From a bacterium (GTDB taxonomy: Bacteria > Zhuqueibacterota > Zhuqueibacteria > Residuimicrobiales > Krinioviventaceae): a DNA stretch of 64,000 bases. Where the stretch lies: the NCBI GenBank assembly GCA_963674595.2, contig CAXXFV010000001.1, forward strand, positions 32,001 to 96,000, given 5' to 3'. The notes beneath the pieces were generated by a model, which was not told where the DNA came from, did no database searches, and saw only the letters and a program-made list of their open reading frames with translations. Below are positions 50,592 to 61,312 of this stretch, piece after piece (position 1 is the stretch's first letter; each line of letters opens with the position of its first letter). The translations under genes and the position numbers were made by a program.

Positions 50592-50714
50592 ATTAATTGA
50601 TGTTGCATTCTCAAACTTGATATTTATAATTTAAATCTTTAATATTAGGTCGTGCGATCTGTACTTTTTGGTTATGTATGGATTTAAATTACTTTTAGTT
50701 TGAGGAGGTAAATA

Positions 50715-51857
50715 GTGATTTCGGAGCGGTCTGAAAATATCCCGCCTTTTTTGGTGATGGAAGTCCTGGAAAAGGCCCAGCAGATGGAAAAGAAAGGTAT
50801 CGACATCATTCATTTGGAAATTGGTGAACCTGATTTTGATACCCCGGAAAAAATTAAAATAGCGGCGATAAACGCCATCCATAATGACGCTACACACTAT
50901 ACACACAGTTTGGGAATTTGGGAATTACGAGAAGCTGTTGCTCAATATTATAAATCTCACTATAACGTTGATTTTTCCCCGGAACAGGTTATTGTTACTT
51001 TGGGAACGTCACCGGCATTGTTGCTCACCCTTTGTACATTGCTGAACGCTGGTGATCAGGTCGTTTTATCTGATCCGGGATATGCCTGTTATCCGAATTT
51101 TATACAATACATCGATGCCGTACCGGTTACCGTACCTTTGAATGCAAATAATGGATTTATATTCCAGCCGGATGATATTAAAAACAAACTCTCATCAAAA
51201 ACCAGGGCGGTTTTAATTAATTCACCATCCAATCCGACCGGCACCATTTTACCGCCGGAAATTTTAAGTAAAATTGCCGGCCTGGGACCCTATATCATTT
51301 CCGATGAAATATATCATGGTTTGGTTTATGAAGGAAAGGCCCATTCCATTCTGGAATTTACAGACAAGGCATTTGTTTTAAATGGTTTTTCAAAACTGTT
51401 TGCTATGACTGGTTGGCGTTTGGGTTATATTATTGCTCCCCGGGAATTTGTAAGGCCGATTCAAAAAGCCCAGCAAAATTTTTATATTTGTCCCAATTCC
51501 ATTTCACAATGGGCCGGTGTTTCTGCGTTAACGGAAGACCACCCGGAACTATCCATAATGTTAGAAACCTATAACAAACGCAGAAAAGTAATTGTGGAAG
51601 GGCTTAAAAAGCTCGGGTTCGGGATTTATGTTGAACCGACCGGCGCTTTTTATGTTTTAGCGGATGCCCGATTTCTCAGTCAGGATTCCTATAAACTGGC
51701 ATTTGATATTCTGGAAAAAGCACATGTTGCCGTAACACCCGGTATTGATTTTGGACAATCTTCTGAGGGCTTTTTACGTTTTTCCTATGCAAATTCCGTT
51801 GAAAATATTCAGGAGGGATTAGCGCGTTTGCAAAAATATATTCAAAAGATGCATTGA
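50715..51857 (+). CDS. PLP-dependent aminotransferase class I/II (AspAT-like)
   Basis: GEPDF, NSPSNPTG, SDEIY, FSKLFAMTGWRLG. Confidence 0.92.
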   Translation: MISERSENIPPFLVMEVLEKAQQMEKKGIDIIHLEIGEPDFDTPEKIKIAAINAIHNDATHYTHSLGIWELREAVAQYYKSHYNVDFSPEQVIVTLGTSPALLLTLCTLLNAGDQVVLSDPGYACYPNFIQYIDAVPVTVPLNANNGFIFQPDDIKNKLSSKTRAVLINSPSNPTGTILPPEILSKIAGLGPYIISDEIYHGLVYEGKAHSILEFTDKAFVLNGFSKLFAMTGWRLGYIIAPREFVRPIQKAQQNFYICPNSISQWAGVSALTEDHPELSIMLETYNKRRKVIVEGLKKLGFGIYVEPTGAFYVLADARFLSQDSYKLAFDILEKAHVAVTPGIDFGQSSEGFLRFSYANSVENIQEGLARLQKYIQKMH

Positions 51858-51859
51858 TA

Positions 51860-52765
51860 TTATTTTTTCAAATAAACCTGGGCGCGGGTTATCAGCAATC
51901 CCCCGACAACGAGGATAGCGCCAGCCGTCCATTGGATCAGGGTCAGTTTTTCCTGGAAAATGAAACGGGATATAATGGCTGTGATAAATGCGGAAGAAAG
52001 GTTCACGCTGGATGCGATGGCAACGCCGATCCTTTTAATCGCAACATAAAATAAAACATGGGCGGCGGCAATACCAATCAAGCCGGAAATGATGACAAGC
52101 ACTGTTACCAGTGACGGCATTTCCATTGCTTTGGCCGGCTCGCCAAAAGTAAACATGAAAACGATCATCCCGGCGGCTGTAATTTGAGAAATCATTCCAA
52201 AAGCGATGCGGGAATCAATATTTTGCATGGTATGACGGACCGAAAGCTGGTAGCCGGCCCAGAAAATACTGGTAAATAAAACCATTATAATACCGATTGT
52301 TGTTCCCCTGCCAAGTTGCGTATTGCCTCCTACCGTCATGGCAATGAAACCGAATATTGCCAGGGCCAAACCCAGCCAAAACTCTTTGGAATGACCGATT
52401 GCCCGTTCATCCTTGAAAAATATAAAAGAGCCTGCAACCGTTAAAACGGTTGAGAGCCGAACAAGAAACGCAATCAGTCCGGGATCGATAAAGTAGGGTG
52501 TCCAGGCCCAAAAAACCTGACCGATAATATTAATCGATGCCGGAAGCAAAGCCAGCTTCCACATTTTTTTTGTTAACCGGCCGCCTTTTATCCAAAACAG
52601 CAGCATAGGCAGGTAAACAAGGGCCGCCATTGGATAGCGGATTCCATTGGCCGTCCAACTGTCTATATAATGTGTAAAATATTTTAAAAACAAAGGGACC
52701 GTAGCCCAGCAGATAACAGAACCAATTAGAGCGAGCGTTGCCGTAAGATCAATCTTTTTATTCAT
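51860..52765 (-). CDS. DMT/EamA family transporter
   Basis: About 10 TM helices in two EamA-like repeats; start taken at MNKKID. Confidence 0.85.
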   Translation of the reverse strand: MNKKIDLTATLALIGSVICWATVPLFLKYFTHYIDSWTANGIRYPMAALVYLPMLLFWIKGGRLTKKMWKLALLPASINIIGQVFWAWTPYFIDPGLIAFLVRLSTVLTVAGSFIFFKDERAIGHSKEFWLGLALAIFGFIAMTVGGNTQLGRGTTIGIIMVLFTSIFWAGYQLSVRHTMQNIDSRIAFGMISQITAAGMIVFMFTFGEPAKAMEMPSLVTVLVIISGLIGIAAAHVLFYVAIKRIGVAIASSVNLSSAFITAIISRFIFQEKLTLIQWTAGAILVVGGLLITRAQVYLKK

Positions 52766-53003
52766 AAGCTTGTTGTAATTATAAGTTGTAGTAATAGAAT
52801 TAAGAAGGAGCAAAGTACGCATTTGTTTTACAAAATGCAATGTTGTGGATGGACGAATTATTTTTATTTAACCCATATTTACGGAAAATTGTTTAGAATA
52901 ACGTTGGAATTCTGCAAGAAAATTTGTTAATTTAGCAAATTTGCAATTTTTAATTAAAGTTAAAATATTACCGGAATGAATATATATCAAGCAGGAGTTT
53001 TTA

Positions 53004-53807
53004 ATGTCCAGAGAAAATGACAGGTCATTACGATTTTATCACGAGGTCCTCGGGTTAAAGCACTTACATTATGGTTTATGGGATTTGGATGACCCACTTT
53101 CCTACGATAATTTAAAAAGAGCTCAACAGCGGTATGAAGATTTTTTAATAGAAAATTTGCCAAAAGAAGCAAACAGTGTTTTGGACGTCGGCTGCGGAAC
53201 TTCCAGTCTCAGTATGCGAATGCACGGTTTGGGTTTGGATGTTGAGGGACTTTCTCCGGATATAAATCAAAAGCAAATATTTACTGAAAACCTGAATGTA
53301 CCTTTTCATCATACTACTTTTGAAAAGTTTGGACCCCAAAAAAAATATGACTGTTTGATCATGTCGGAATCAGCCCAATACATTCCATATACGGAACTGT
53401 TTAAAAAAGCTATTGAATGTTTAAAACAGGACGGTCATTTGCTGGTTTGCGACTATTTTGTTAAAGACAATGCCCAGGGGCTTTTATCAAAAAGCGGTCA
53501 CCGGCTGACGTTGTTTCTTGAAGAAGCAAAAAAGAACAATTTTATGATTGCGAAACACAAAGACCTGACGGATAATGTTGTTAAAACACTGGAACTGGCA
53601 AAGCTTATCGCAGACAGGGGCCTTTTGGCGGCCGATATTGCTTCTGAAAAATTTCGAACAAAGCATCCTGTATGGACAAAGTTGGTGCTGTGGACGTTCC
53701 GTAAAAAAATTGCCCATGCAAAAGAACAAATGGTTTTAATCGATTCCGGGCAGTTTAAGGAAAATAAACGATATAATTTTTATCTGTTTCAGTATGTGGG
53801 AAAGTAA
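53004..53807 (+). CDS. Class I SAM-dependent methyltransferase
   Basis: HLHYGLW, VLDVGCGT, MSESAQY. Confidence 0.85.
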   Translation: MSRENDRSLRFYHEVLGLKHLHYGLWDLDDPLSYDNLKRAQQRYEDFLIENLPKEANSVLDVGCGTSSLSMRMHGLGLDVEGLSPDINQKQIFTENLNVPFHHTTFEKFGPQKKYDCLIMSESAQYIPYTELFKKAIECLKQDGHLLVCDYFVKDNAQGLLSKSGHRLTLFLEEAKKNNFMIAKHKDLTDNVVKTLELAKLIADRGLLAADIASEKFRTKHPVWTKLVLWTFRKKIAHAKEQMVLIDSGQFKENKRYNFYLFQYVGK

Positions 53808-53950
53808 AATATTTATTTGATAGAATTTTCAAACACATACCTATAAATCCTGTCTAGCTGTATATAGAATGGGTTATGATTATGTCAGGTAAAATAGTTC
53901 CGTTGCCTGCTATATTGAAAATAATGTGATTCTCCTTTCTGATTTATATG

Positions 53951-56731
53951 TTAATAAATGGCAACAACAGATACAGTTCCATTCAATCCTTTCAGTTCGA
54001 TGATCTCTTTTTGATTATTAAAATCCGGCCACTTTTTCCCATTTACCATCACACTCTTGATCGGTGATGCCTGGGGGTGTCTGAATCTCAGGAAAATTTG
54101 TTCCGGCAATTTACGATCAGGCATTTCAATTGTTGCGGTAATTTTATTATTATCCAGGTCTGATATAATTTCATAGGACAATGTCCCGAAATAAGTCGGT
54201 GCATTTTTTACGATGATCTTTTTGCCATCTTGCAGCCATACACGCGGGGTAGCCCTTGCCACCCAAAGAGACTGACCCTCTTCCATTACCAGCATGTTAC
54301 GGAAATTTTCCAGGAACCATCCTGCGGTGCCGTTGTCGGAACTGCTATTGAACGCATAATTGCCCAACTGTCCCCATTCCCATAATTTACCGTCGCTTCC
54401 CACCATGGCCGTGTAACTGTTCATCCAGAACCGTAAAAAATTCGGTACATCATCCTGAAGCAGATAGATGTTGGCATTGTGCGAGGCCTTTGGGAAACTT
54501 CCTCCATAGCAATTCCAAAACCAGTCATCGTCCAGTTCGCCAACGGGACGGATAGGGATTCCTATCTCATGCTGTACGTTGACGGTCAGTACGTGCGTTG
54601 TGACCTGGGGCACCATACCACTCTCTTCAATGATATTTAATGTATTGATCATGCGGCTGTCATTGGGGTCCAGTGCTGCAAATGGTTCGGCCAACGGAAG
54701 TGATCCGGTAATAATATCGGTCTGCGGACGCTGGGGAGCGCCAAACTCCAGATTACACATGGTGCCCCGGGTGTACGCCGATGCCGGGATAAAGCTGTAA
54801 TACATGCCGTCACGCTCCGGTTTTACGGGCGACAGTATCGTTTCCTTGTCTACCACCCGGCAAATGTCGTTGCGAAACGCATCCGCCTCGTTACTATATT
54901 TTCGGCCTGCTTCCGGATCGATCTCCATTAAAGCGTCGGCAAATCGCTGGAGTCCCTGCAGGGCAAAAGCATTGTCGGCATAATACCAATGCCAGTCACT
55001 GCTGGGTATGGCATAATCACCCAGCATACACGGCGGCATAAGGCCGGCCACCAAAAGATCATCCCTATTGGGAACGTCTTTTATATAGAGTTTGCGCTGA
55101 CGAATCATCCAGTCCGCCGCTGCCTGCATGCGATCACGGTGCTGAAGGAACCACTCCTTATCGCCGGTCAGGAAATAGCGCTCGGCCATGGCAAACAAGA
55201 GTCTGCCTGTTGAGGCATGTGTGCCGTCATGACTGTATCCCATGTCGTGCCGCATGGTTGTTGCCAATTCCAGGGCACCGTTTCCATCTGTAAAATCACC
55301 ATCCGATTTTGCACCCGGCGCCTCTAAAAAATGCTGATAAATTTTATCTGCTTCATCGTTCAAACCCACCAAATTCATTTCATGAGCAACCCGGCTTACC
55401 TCATAGGCAAGTCCTCCCCACATGTGTTTCCCTTTCATCTGAAAAGAGGCCGCACGCCAGGCATTTGTCCAGCCGGAATCCGGAACCTGTACCTCCACAA
55501 CAGGGTCTTCAACCTTGGGAAAGGGCGCCAGGACTGTTCCCTCAGGGAGTGTCGATAGTCTAACCTCTTTCATTACCTCATACCAGGATGCTGCCTCGGG
55601 ATGTTCCCGGACCAATTGGCGAATACTTTTCAGGTTTTTCGCTGCCAATTCCTCTGTAAACTTTCGGGCCGTTATGTTACTGCCGGCCTTTGTTATGAAA
55701 ACACCGTGTTCCGGAACCATAATAGGCCCGTTCTCAAGGTCACTAACCAGAAACGTAAATCCGGATGTATCGGTCCAGACGGTAATCCTGCTATCCAGCG
55801 CAACCCGGCCGCCGGATGCATATAATATCGGCACGACAATGCCTCGTCTTGTTTTACCTGCGGCCCGTGATTGCCAGCTATGTTCATCGCTCACCGTCGT
55901 TCCCTTGTCACCTGCCAGTGGTGAAACAGGACCGGTTACCGCAACATAGGAATCCACCCGCCCGTTAAAATCGTTTTTTTCTGTTCCTTTTTGAAAACCC
56001 CATTCTATTTCCACATCCATTTGTTCCCATGTTCCCATAATCGGACTCGTTACATGGATGGCCGGTACTAAAGTTTTATTGCCGGTTTGTGTTTTTCCCT
56101 CTTTGCAAAAGACCGCAACCATTTCCGTTGCCGCGTCAACCCGGGCGCTAAAGGCCCAATCCATTTTTGCACCCGGCTCGATTTTGTACGTCCACCTATG
56201 CCCATCTGCCGATATCTTTGGATTGCTCAGAATTTTGTCCACTGTCCAACCAAACCAGCCAAACGATGTGGGATAAACCCGGACCTCTACATTTTCCTGC
56301 AAAGGAACCTTCCGGACATCTGTCGGCCAATTTAGCTCTATTTCATACTCTGACAACCTTCCCGTCCAAAGCAGTCCCGCCAGTAACGTTCCTTCCGGTT
56401 TAGGGAGTAACGGTTTTAGCAAGTCCGGCATATCATAATAGATACTTTTTAACTCTTTTTCCGGCATTTCATAAAAAGCCGTTCGGTAAACCTTATCAAT
56501 CCGGTCCAGCCGCCGGGGAATGAAACAGGCTTCCGGTTTCTCCTGCACTGCCAGATCGGCACGCCATTCATACGCCCATGGTGCAATGTCCACCGGTTGA
56601 CCAACCAGCTTGTAAAATTCTGTTTGATTTATGGTTGCAGGAGGGAGGTTTAACGCTTCTGCTGCAAACATGATCTTGCCCGTTAGGGCTAAAATAATCA
56701 CTGTTCCCATTAGTATAATTTGTTTTTTCAT
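53951..56731 (-). CDS. Large exported protein with probable (alpha/alpha)6 glycoside hydrolase-like C-terminal half
   Basis: Signal peptide; ERYFLTGDKEW, ADNAFALQGL and RNMLVME...ARATPRVWL...APTYFG patterns of six-hairpin glycosidases; family not assignable by eye. Confidence 0.6.
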   Translation of the reverse strand: MKKQIILMGTVIILALTGKIMFAAEALNLPPATINQTEFYKLVGQPVDIAPWAYEWRADLAVQEKPEACFIPRRLDRIDKVYRTAFYEMPEKELKSIYYDMPDLLKPLLPKPEGTLLAGLLWTGRLSEYEIELNWPTDVRKVPLQENVEVRVYPTSFGWFGWTVDKILSNPKISADGHRWTYKIEPGAKMDWAFSARVDAATEMVAVFCKEGKTQTGNKTLVPAIHVTSPIMGTWEQMDVEIEWGFQKGTEKNDFNGRVDSYVAVTGPVSPLAGDKGTTVSDEHSWQSRAAGKTRRGIVVPILYASGGRVALDSRITVWTDTSGFTFLVSDLENGPIMVPEHGVFITKAGSNITARKFTEELAAKNLKSIRQLVREHPEAASWYEVMKEVRLSTLPEGTVLAPFPKVEDPVVEVQVPDSGWTNAWRAASFQMKGKHMWGGLAYEVSRVAHEMNLVGLNDEADKIYQHFLEAPGAKSDGDFTDGNGALELATTMRHDMGYSHDGTHASTGRLLFAMAERYFLTGDKEWFLQHRDRMQAAADWMIRQRKLYIKDVPNRDDLLVAGLMPPCMLGDYAIPSSDWHWYYADNAFALQGLQRFADALMEIDPEAGRKYSNEADAFRNDICRVVDKETILSPVKPERDGMYYSFIPASAYTRGTMCNLEFGAPQRPQTDIITGSLPLAEPFAALDPNDSRMINTLNIIEESGMVPQVTTHVLTVNVQHEIGIPIRPVGELDDDWFWNCYGGSFPKASHNANIYLLQDDVPNFLRFWMNSYTAMVGSDGKLWEWGQLGNYAFNSSSDNGTAGWFLENFRNMLVMEEGQSLWVARATPRVWLQDGKKIIVKNAPTYFGTLSYEIISDLDNNKITATIEMPDRKLPEQIFLRFRHPQASPIKSVMVNGKKWPDFNNQKEIIELKGLNGTVSVVAIY

Positions 56732-56978
56732 TATTACACCTTATCTGTTCCATTTTTATTTACAGCCATTAAATTAAAACAATTAGAATTTATACAGCAT
56801 ATTATATAAGAACAAGTTGGGGAGTATATTAAGAAAAAAATAATTTTACCAACTGCTGTTCCAGCTAGCGCAGATTGAATAAGGGGTAGGTCAGGTTATG
56901 GTTTGGGTTAATTCCAAATTCATGCTGATGCGACGTTTTGTCACGATCAACATGAATTTTTGAATTTTTTGGGAAACT

Positions 56979-59084
56979 TTAACTGATTTTTACATTAAAA
57001 CGATAACGCATATCATTATCAAACCACATAACAAAATTGGTTCCCCAAACATTATTATAAAGATTAAAATGCATTCCATTTTCTGTTTTGGGCTGATTGT
57101 TGTTAAAATCCAATAATGATCTTTCACCCGGCGCTACCAACGGGCAATCCAATGTTTCTATATAAAAATTGCCATTGTTATCCTTGTAAGAGACACCCTT
57201 GATAACACCGTGCAGTTTTCGATTTCCATTTTTTATAACATTAAGCGGATTAACCTGGACCCCCATTTTGTCTAATAACCAGTTTTCCGGATTTTCAATT
57301 TTAGGAATAAAGGAAAACCATAATGCCTCCGGCAGGCGATTTGCCTGTTTGTTAAACCATTGAAAATCGATATGAATCGTTGGTGCATCATCAGGGAAAA
57401 AGAGTTTTGTTACCAGTAATTGAGGACATCCGCCCGGTGTTTCACCATTTTTATCCAGTACCTCAGATTTTATTAACAGGCAGAGCCCCTGTTCATCTTT
57501 TTTTATCCATGTTTCTTTCATCACAGGAAGCCATAATTTACTCGGCGGATTGATATTTTCAATTCCCGGTTTGCCAAAATCCTTAATCGACCAATCGGGT
57601 TTTTGGGTTAAATATTGGTCCTGGAAGCGGTCATAATCAGCTTTTGAAAAAGTTTGATAGGTAAAAAGTGCCAACGGATTGTTTGGACCGGCCCAATTAC
57701 GCTTTGTTTTCTTTGCAATTAATTGATTAATCGCCCCGGTATGTGGATCCAGGGAAATTGTGAAATTTGCAGTTTCGATATTGTTTGTAATATCTTCCGG
57801 ATTTAGCTTTTGAAAACCATCCGTTTGAGGTAATTGAGGCTCTAATTTTGCAAAGGCTTTATCGACCTGTTGTTTACATTCTTCCGGCAAATTATTTATG
57901 GCATTGTCCAGATAAGACCTCTTTTCCTGCCACGATTCTTCCATCTGTTTAAAATTCGGCTTTGACCTTGCTTTTGCCAAATCATCAACATTGTATATGT
58001 CCCAATCTTTTAAATGAGATTTAACGTCCAGTCCCCACGTATGTTCTGCAACCATCATTAAAGGTATTCCGAATTTCAAATCAATGGAATCACCAAATTG
58101 AAATTTTCCGCTTTTAATCCAGTCCCTGCGTAACCGGCATAATTCCCGAAAACGGGCAATTTTCCACGGATCACTGGCCGCGCCATGTATCCATGTATCG
58201 CCCAGTTCCTGGGTAATAACAGGCAGGTTATTTCGGATTTCGTTTACTTCCTTTGCTACGTCGTTCAGGGTGGATGCTTTTATCAATGCATTCGGGAACT
58301 TTAGCTGCAAATCACTAAAAATTTGTTTTATCGCATCCAGGGTTTGCGGGCCGTTATTATCGCCGGTAAAACTGATGGATACGGCTGTTTTTGTTCCCGG
58401 TAAAACCATAACACTGCCATAGTCCATTTGATACATCATGACGACCTCTGAGCCGTCCGGTGCACGCCAGACAAACAGCGGCGGAACATCCGGAGGAGTG
58501 GAAGCCGGATTTATACCGATATGCAGAAAAGAAATCCCTGCTTTTTGCAGCGGCGGAACGATACCGATAGAATGACCGGGTACATCCGTCATTTTCGCGG
58601 CAATTGTTTTTTTCCCAAATCTTTTATCCAACTCAGCCGATACTCCGGGAGCAAGAGAAAACAGGGAATTATCCATTAGCTCTGAATGGGTGGTAAAGGG
58701 TAAAGCATGCCAGGAAATATCACCGGCAACAATCGCTTCTTCCATCCTTGTTCTGTTTTTAGCTGATGCCCTGTTCAGGTATTCATAAATCAGCCATGAA
58801 CCGGTGGTCCAAATAAATCTTTCCGGGTGGTTGTTTTTTCGGAGTTCTTCAGCCAGGGAAAGAGACGTCGGGATAAAATGTTCAAAATATCTGTTTATTA
58901 CATTTTCAGCCAAATCCGTAAACCCAACGTCCAGATGGGTTTTAAATATAACATGGACTTTATCAATCTCTGCCGGATTTATTTCACTGGTTTCATGGCC
59001 GGTTTTGCACAGGATGTTAACAGGTTTGACTAAAATACCACCGATAAATGATAATAACGAAGCTAAATATTTTCGACGTTCCAT
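56979..59084 (-). CDS. DUF5054 / GH38-N-like glycoside hydrolase with Tat-like signal
   Basis: MERRKYL twin-arginine-like leader; FKTHLDVGFTD, MTDVPGH, AEHTWG, NNVWGTNF. Confidence 0.75.
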   Translation of the reverse strand: MERRKYLASLLSFIGGILVKPVNILCKTGHETSEINPAEIDKVHVIFKTHLDVGFTDLAENVINRYFEHFIPTSLSLAEELRKNNHPERFIWTTGSWLIYEYLNRASAKNRTRMEEAIVAGDISWHALPFTTHSELMDNSLFSLAPGVSAELDKRFGKKTIAAKMTDVPGHSIGIVPPLQKAGISFLHIGINPASTPPDVPPLFVWRAPDGSEVVMMYQMDYGSVMVLPGTKTAVSISFTGDNNGPQTLDAIKQIFSDLQLKFPNALIKASTLNDVAKEVNEIRNNLPVITQELGDTWIHGAASDPWKIARFRELCRLRRDWIKSGKFQFGDSIDLKFGIPLMMVAEHTWGLDVKSHLKDWDIYNVDDLAKARSKPNFKQMEESWQEKRSYLDNAINNLPEECKQQVDKAFAKLEPQLPQTDGFQKLNPEDITNNIETANFTISLDPHTGAINQLIAKKTKRNWAGPNNPLALFTYQTFSKADYDRFQDQYLTQKPDWSIKDFGKPGIENINPPSKLWLPVMKETWIKKDEQGLCLLIKSEVLDKNGETPGGCPQLLVTKLFFPDDAPTIHIDFQWFNKQANRLPEALWFSFIPKIENPENWLLDKMGVQVNPLNVIKNGNRKLHGVIKGVSYKDNNGNFYIETLDCPLVAPGERSLLDFNNNQPKTENGMHFNLYNNVWGTNFVMWFDNDMRYRFNVKIS

Positions 59085-59120
59085 GTTTTTCTTTCACTAG
59101 GATTTTAAAGAAAGTAATAC

Positions 59121-59447
59121 TTAATTATCTCCCCAAAGCTTGACAATTTTTTTTATCACGTTTTTTGTTTCAGGATTTAATGATTTATAAAATTCTGCAA
59201 ATTCGTTCATCAATATCTGGTCTTCAACTGAAGGACTATTATTTATTTTTAACAATTGGAACAGGGGCAAATTTAAGGCTTTGGCTATTTTATCAAGACT
59301 GGTAATAGTGGGATTTCTTTCGCCTCTTTCGATGCCGCTAATATATGTCGGATGTAATGTGGCCCTGTCTGCAAGTTCGTCCTGAGAAAAGTTTAATTTT
59401 TTCCGTTCTTCCCTGATTTTCGCCCCGATGTCTTTCAAGTTATTCAT
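59121..59447 (-). CDS. XRE-family HTH transcriptional regulator (controller-protein-like)
   Basis: SQDELADRATLHPTYISGIERGERNPT..L.KIAKAL. Confidence 0.9.
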   Translation of the reverse strand: MNNLKDIGAKIREERKKLNFSQDELADRATLHPTYISGIERGERNPTITSLDKIAKALNLPLFQLLKINNSPSVEDQILMNEFAEFYKSLNPETKNVIKKIVKLWGDN

Positions 59448-59477
59448 TTACAGTTTTTTTTCAATCAAAAGTAAGGA

Positions 59478-59508
59478 ACTTATAAAGTCAGAATTACAAA
59501 TAATTCTG
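59478..59508. promoter_or_regulatory. Two adjacent palindromes upstream of the XRE gene (candidate operators)
   Basis: ACTT-ATA-AAGT (59478-59488) and CAGAATTA-CAAA-TAATTCTG (59489-59508). Confidence 0.45.
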
Positions 59509-59634
59509 TTAACAAAATTTATAATTTTAAAATAATATCAATGCTGCTGAACATGATGATATGAATTATGTTCATTTAAGGCAAGTAAAAATTTAACTTA
59601 ATTCCTGATGTTTTTTTAATTTTATAAAAACCAC

Positions 59635-59663
59635 TTGCACTAGTTTTTAATATTTTGTACTAT
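59635..59663 (+). promoter_or_regulatory. Candidate sigma70 promoter of the metacaspase gene
   Basis: TTGCAC, 17-bp spacer, TACTAT. Confidence 0.45.
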
Positions 59664-59928
59664 TTTATAATCAGTTAAAGGTTTAATTTAGAACGGTTGG
59701 GAAATTGTGGGTAATCCTGAATAATACCTTTTATTGATTTTTCTTTTGAAAATACGGGAACTAACGGTACACGAGGAAGAGATTGTGTCGGATTCAAAAT
59801 CATATTCCTGCTGTTTCATTAACAAAATTATTGTATGGGTTGACTGTGCCTTGCTGTTGTTTAAGAATACTTTCCCCGGTGTTACTATTCCCAAAATTAA
59901 CAGTTACTCTTAAAAAAAGGAGAGAATC

Positions 59929-60738
59929 ATGTCAGCTAAAAAAGCTCTATCCGTGGGTATTAATCAATACTCAAACCCTGAGGCCAATTTGAGAGGATGT
60001 GTTAATGACTCTATTATGATTCGGGAAATACTGAGAAAGCATTTTGGGTTTAAAAATAGTGATATTACCTTACTTTTGGACCATCAGGCTACGCAAGCTA
60101 ACATCATAAAAGAATTACATAATTTGGTTAAAGATGCGAAAAAGGGAGATATTCTCGTTTTTCATTACTCCGGACATGGTTCAAATATTGTTGATTATGA
60201 CGGTGATGAATTAGACGGATTTGATGAGATTATTTGTCCCTATGATATGGATTGGAGCAATCCGTTATCAGATGATAAAATAAATAAAATCCTCAAGACA
60301 GAAAAAGGCGTCAACCTGACAATGATAATGGATTGTTGTCATTCGGGAACTGTTAATAAAAACTTTTGCGGTCCAGATATGTCATCTCCGGTAAAAGATC
60401 GTTATTTATTTCCGCCGACAGCGTTAATTCCAAACCAAAGAGAAAGAAATGAATTAACCCGAAGAACTTTTCATTCACAAAAGAAAAATTATTCTATCCT
60501 CATATCCGGCTGCGAGGACAACCAAACCTCAGCCGATGCCTGGATTGACGGTGCCTATCATGGAGCTTTTACTTTTTATTTGAATGAAACCCTGCGAAAA
60601 AACAAGTGGAAAATGGAAATGGGTGATTTACATGAACAGGTTATAGAAGCATTGGCTTATCATAACTATACTCAAAGACCTGTTTTGGGAGGCCCAAAGG
60701 GTGTGGAAAAGCAAGAGTTTCTTTCCGTTAAAAAATAG
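59929..60738 (+). CDS. Stand-alone metacaspase (peptidase C14)
   Basis: LRGCVND, catalytic HYSGHGS and DCCHSG, QTSADA, GAFT; AAGGAG RBS. Confidence 0.92.
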   Translation: MSAKKALSVGINQYSNPEANLRGCVNDSIMIREILRKHFGFKNSDITLLLDHQATQANIIKELHNLVKDAKKGDILVFHYSGHGSNIVDYDGDELDGFDEIICPYDMDWSNPLSDDKINKILKTEKGVNLTMIMDCCHSGTVNKNFCGPDMSSPVKDRYLFPPTALIPNQRERNELTRRTFHSQKKNYSILISGCEDNQTSADAWIDGAYHGAFTFYLNETLRKNKWKMEMGDLHEQVIEALAYHNYTQRPVLGGPKGVEKQEFLSVKK

Positions 60739-61312
60739 GTTTGCTTTAACAGAAACAAATAGATGACACACTTGAAAAAAGCATATCCCTGTACGGACAT
60801 GTGAATTGGTTTGTTATAAATTTTGAAACACCATAAAAATAAAAAAATCCATATCGCCGGTTTATCCTGTCTAAATCGATGTGGTCCTTGTGGAACATCG
60901 CAGGTTATAAACCGGCTTTCGGACTTTTAAAATGTTATATTCCCGTTGTTCAGCTAATAAAATTATTGCACCAGGTGAAAAAAAAATATTTCAGATATCT
61001 TGTCTAAAAAGGGGATCGTTCCATATATCCTTATATATAAATTTGATACGGGTAGATATAAATGAAATAATGGGCCGTTAGCCTATTTTGATAAAAGTTG
61101 GAAAATACATGCAAAACTAAGTACCTTGTTAGAAAATCCACGTCGGATAACATTTTAGGTGCAGTATTCGGTATAACACTATTTATTGGGATGCGAGCGG
61201 ATTACTATCCGGCTTTTATAACGTTCCAATGAAGGCGGGACAGTCTTTTTAGTAATAAAAATACCTGCTGTTGAAATAAACAGTTCATTTAAAGAATAAG
61301 GAGAATAAGAAA

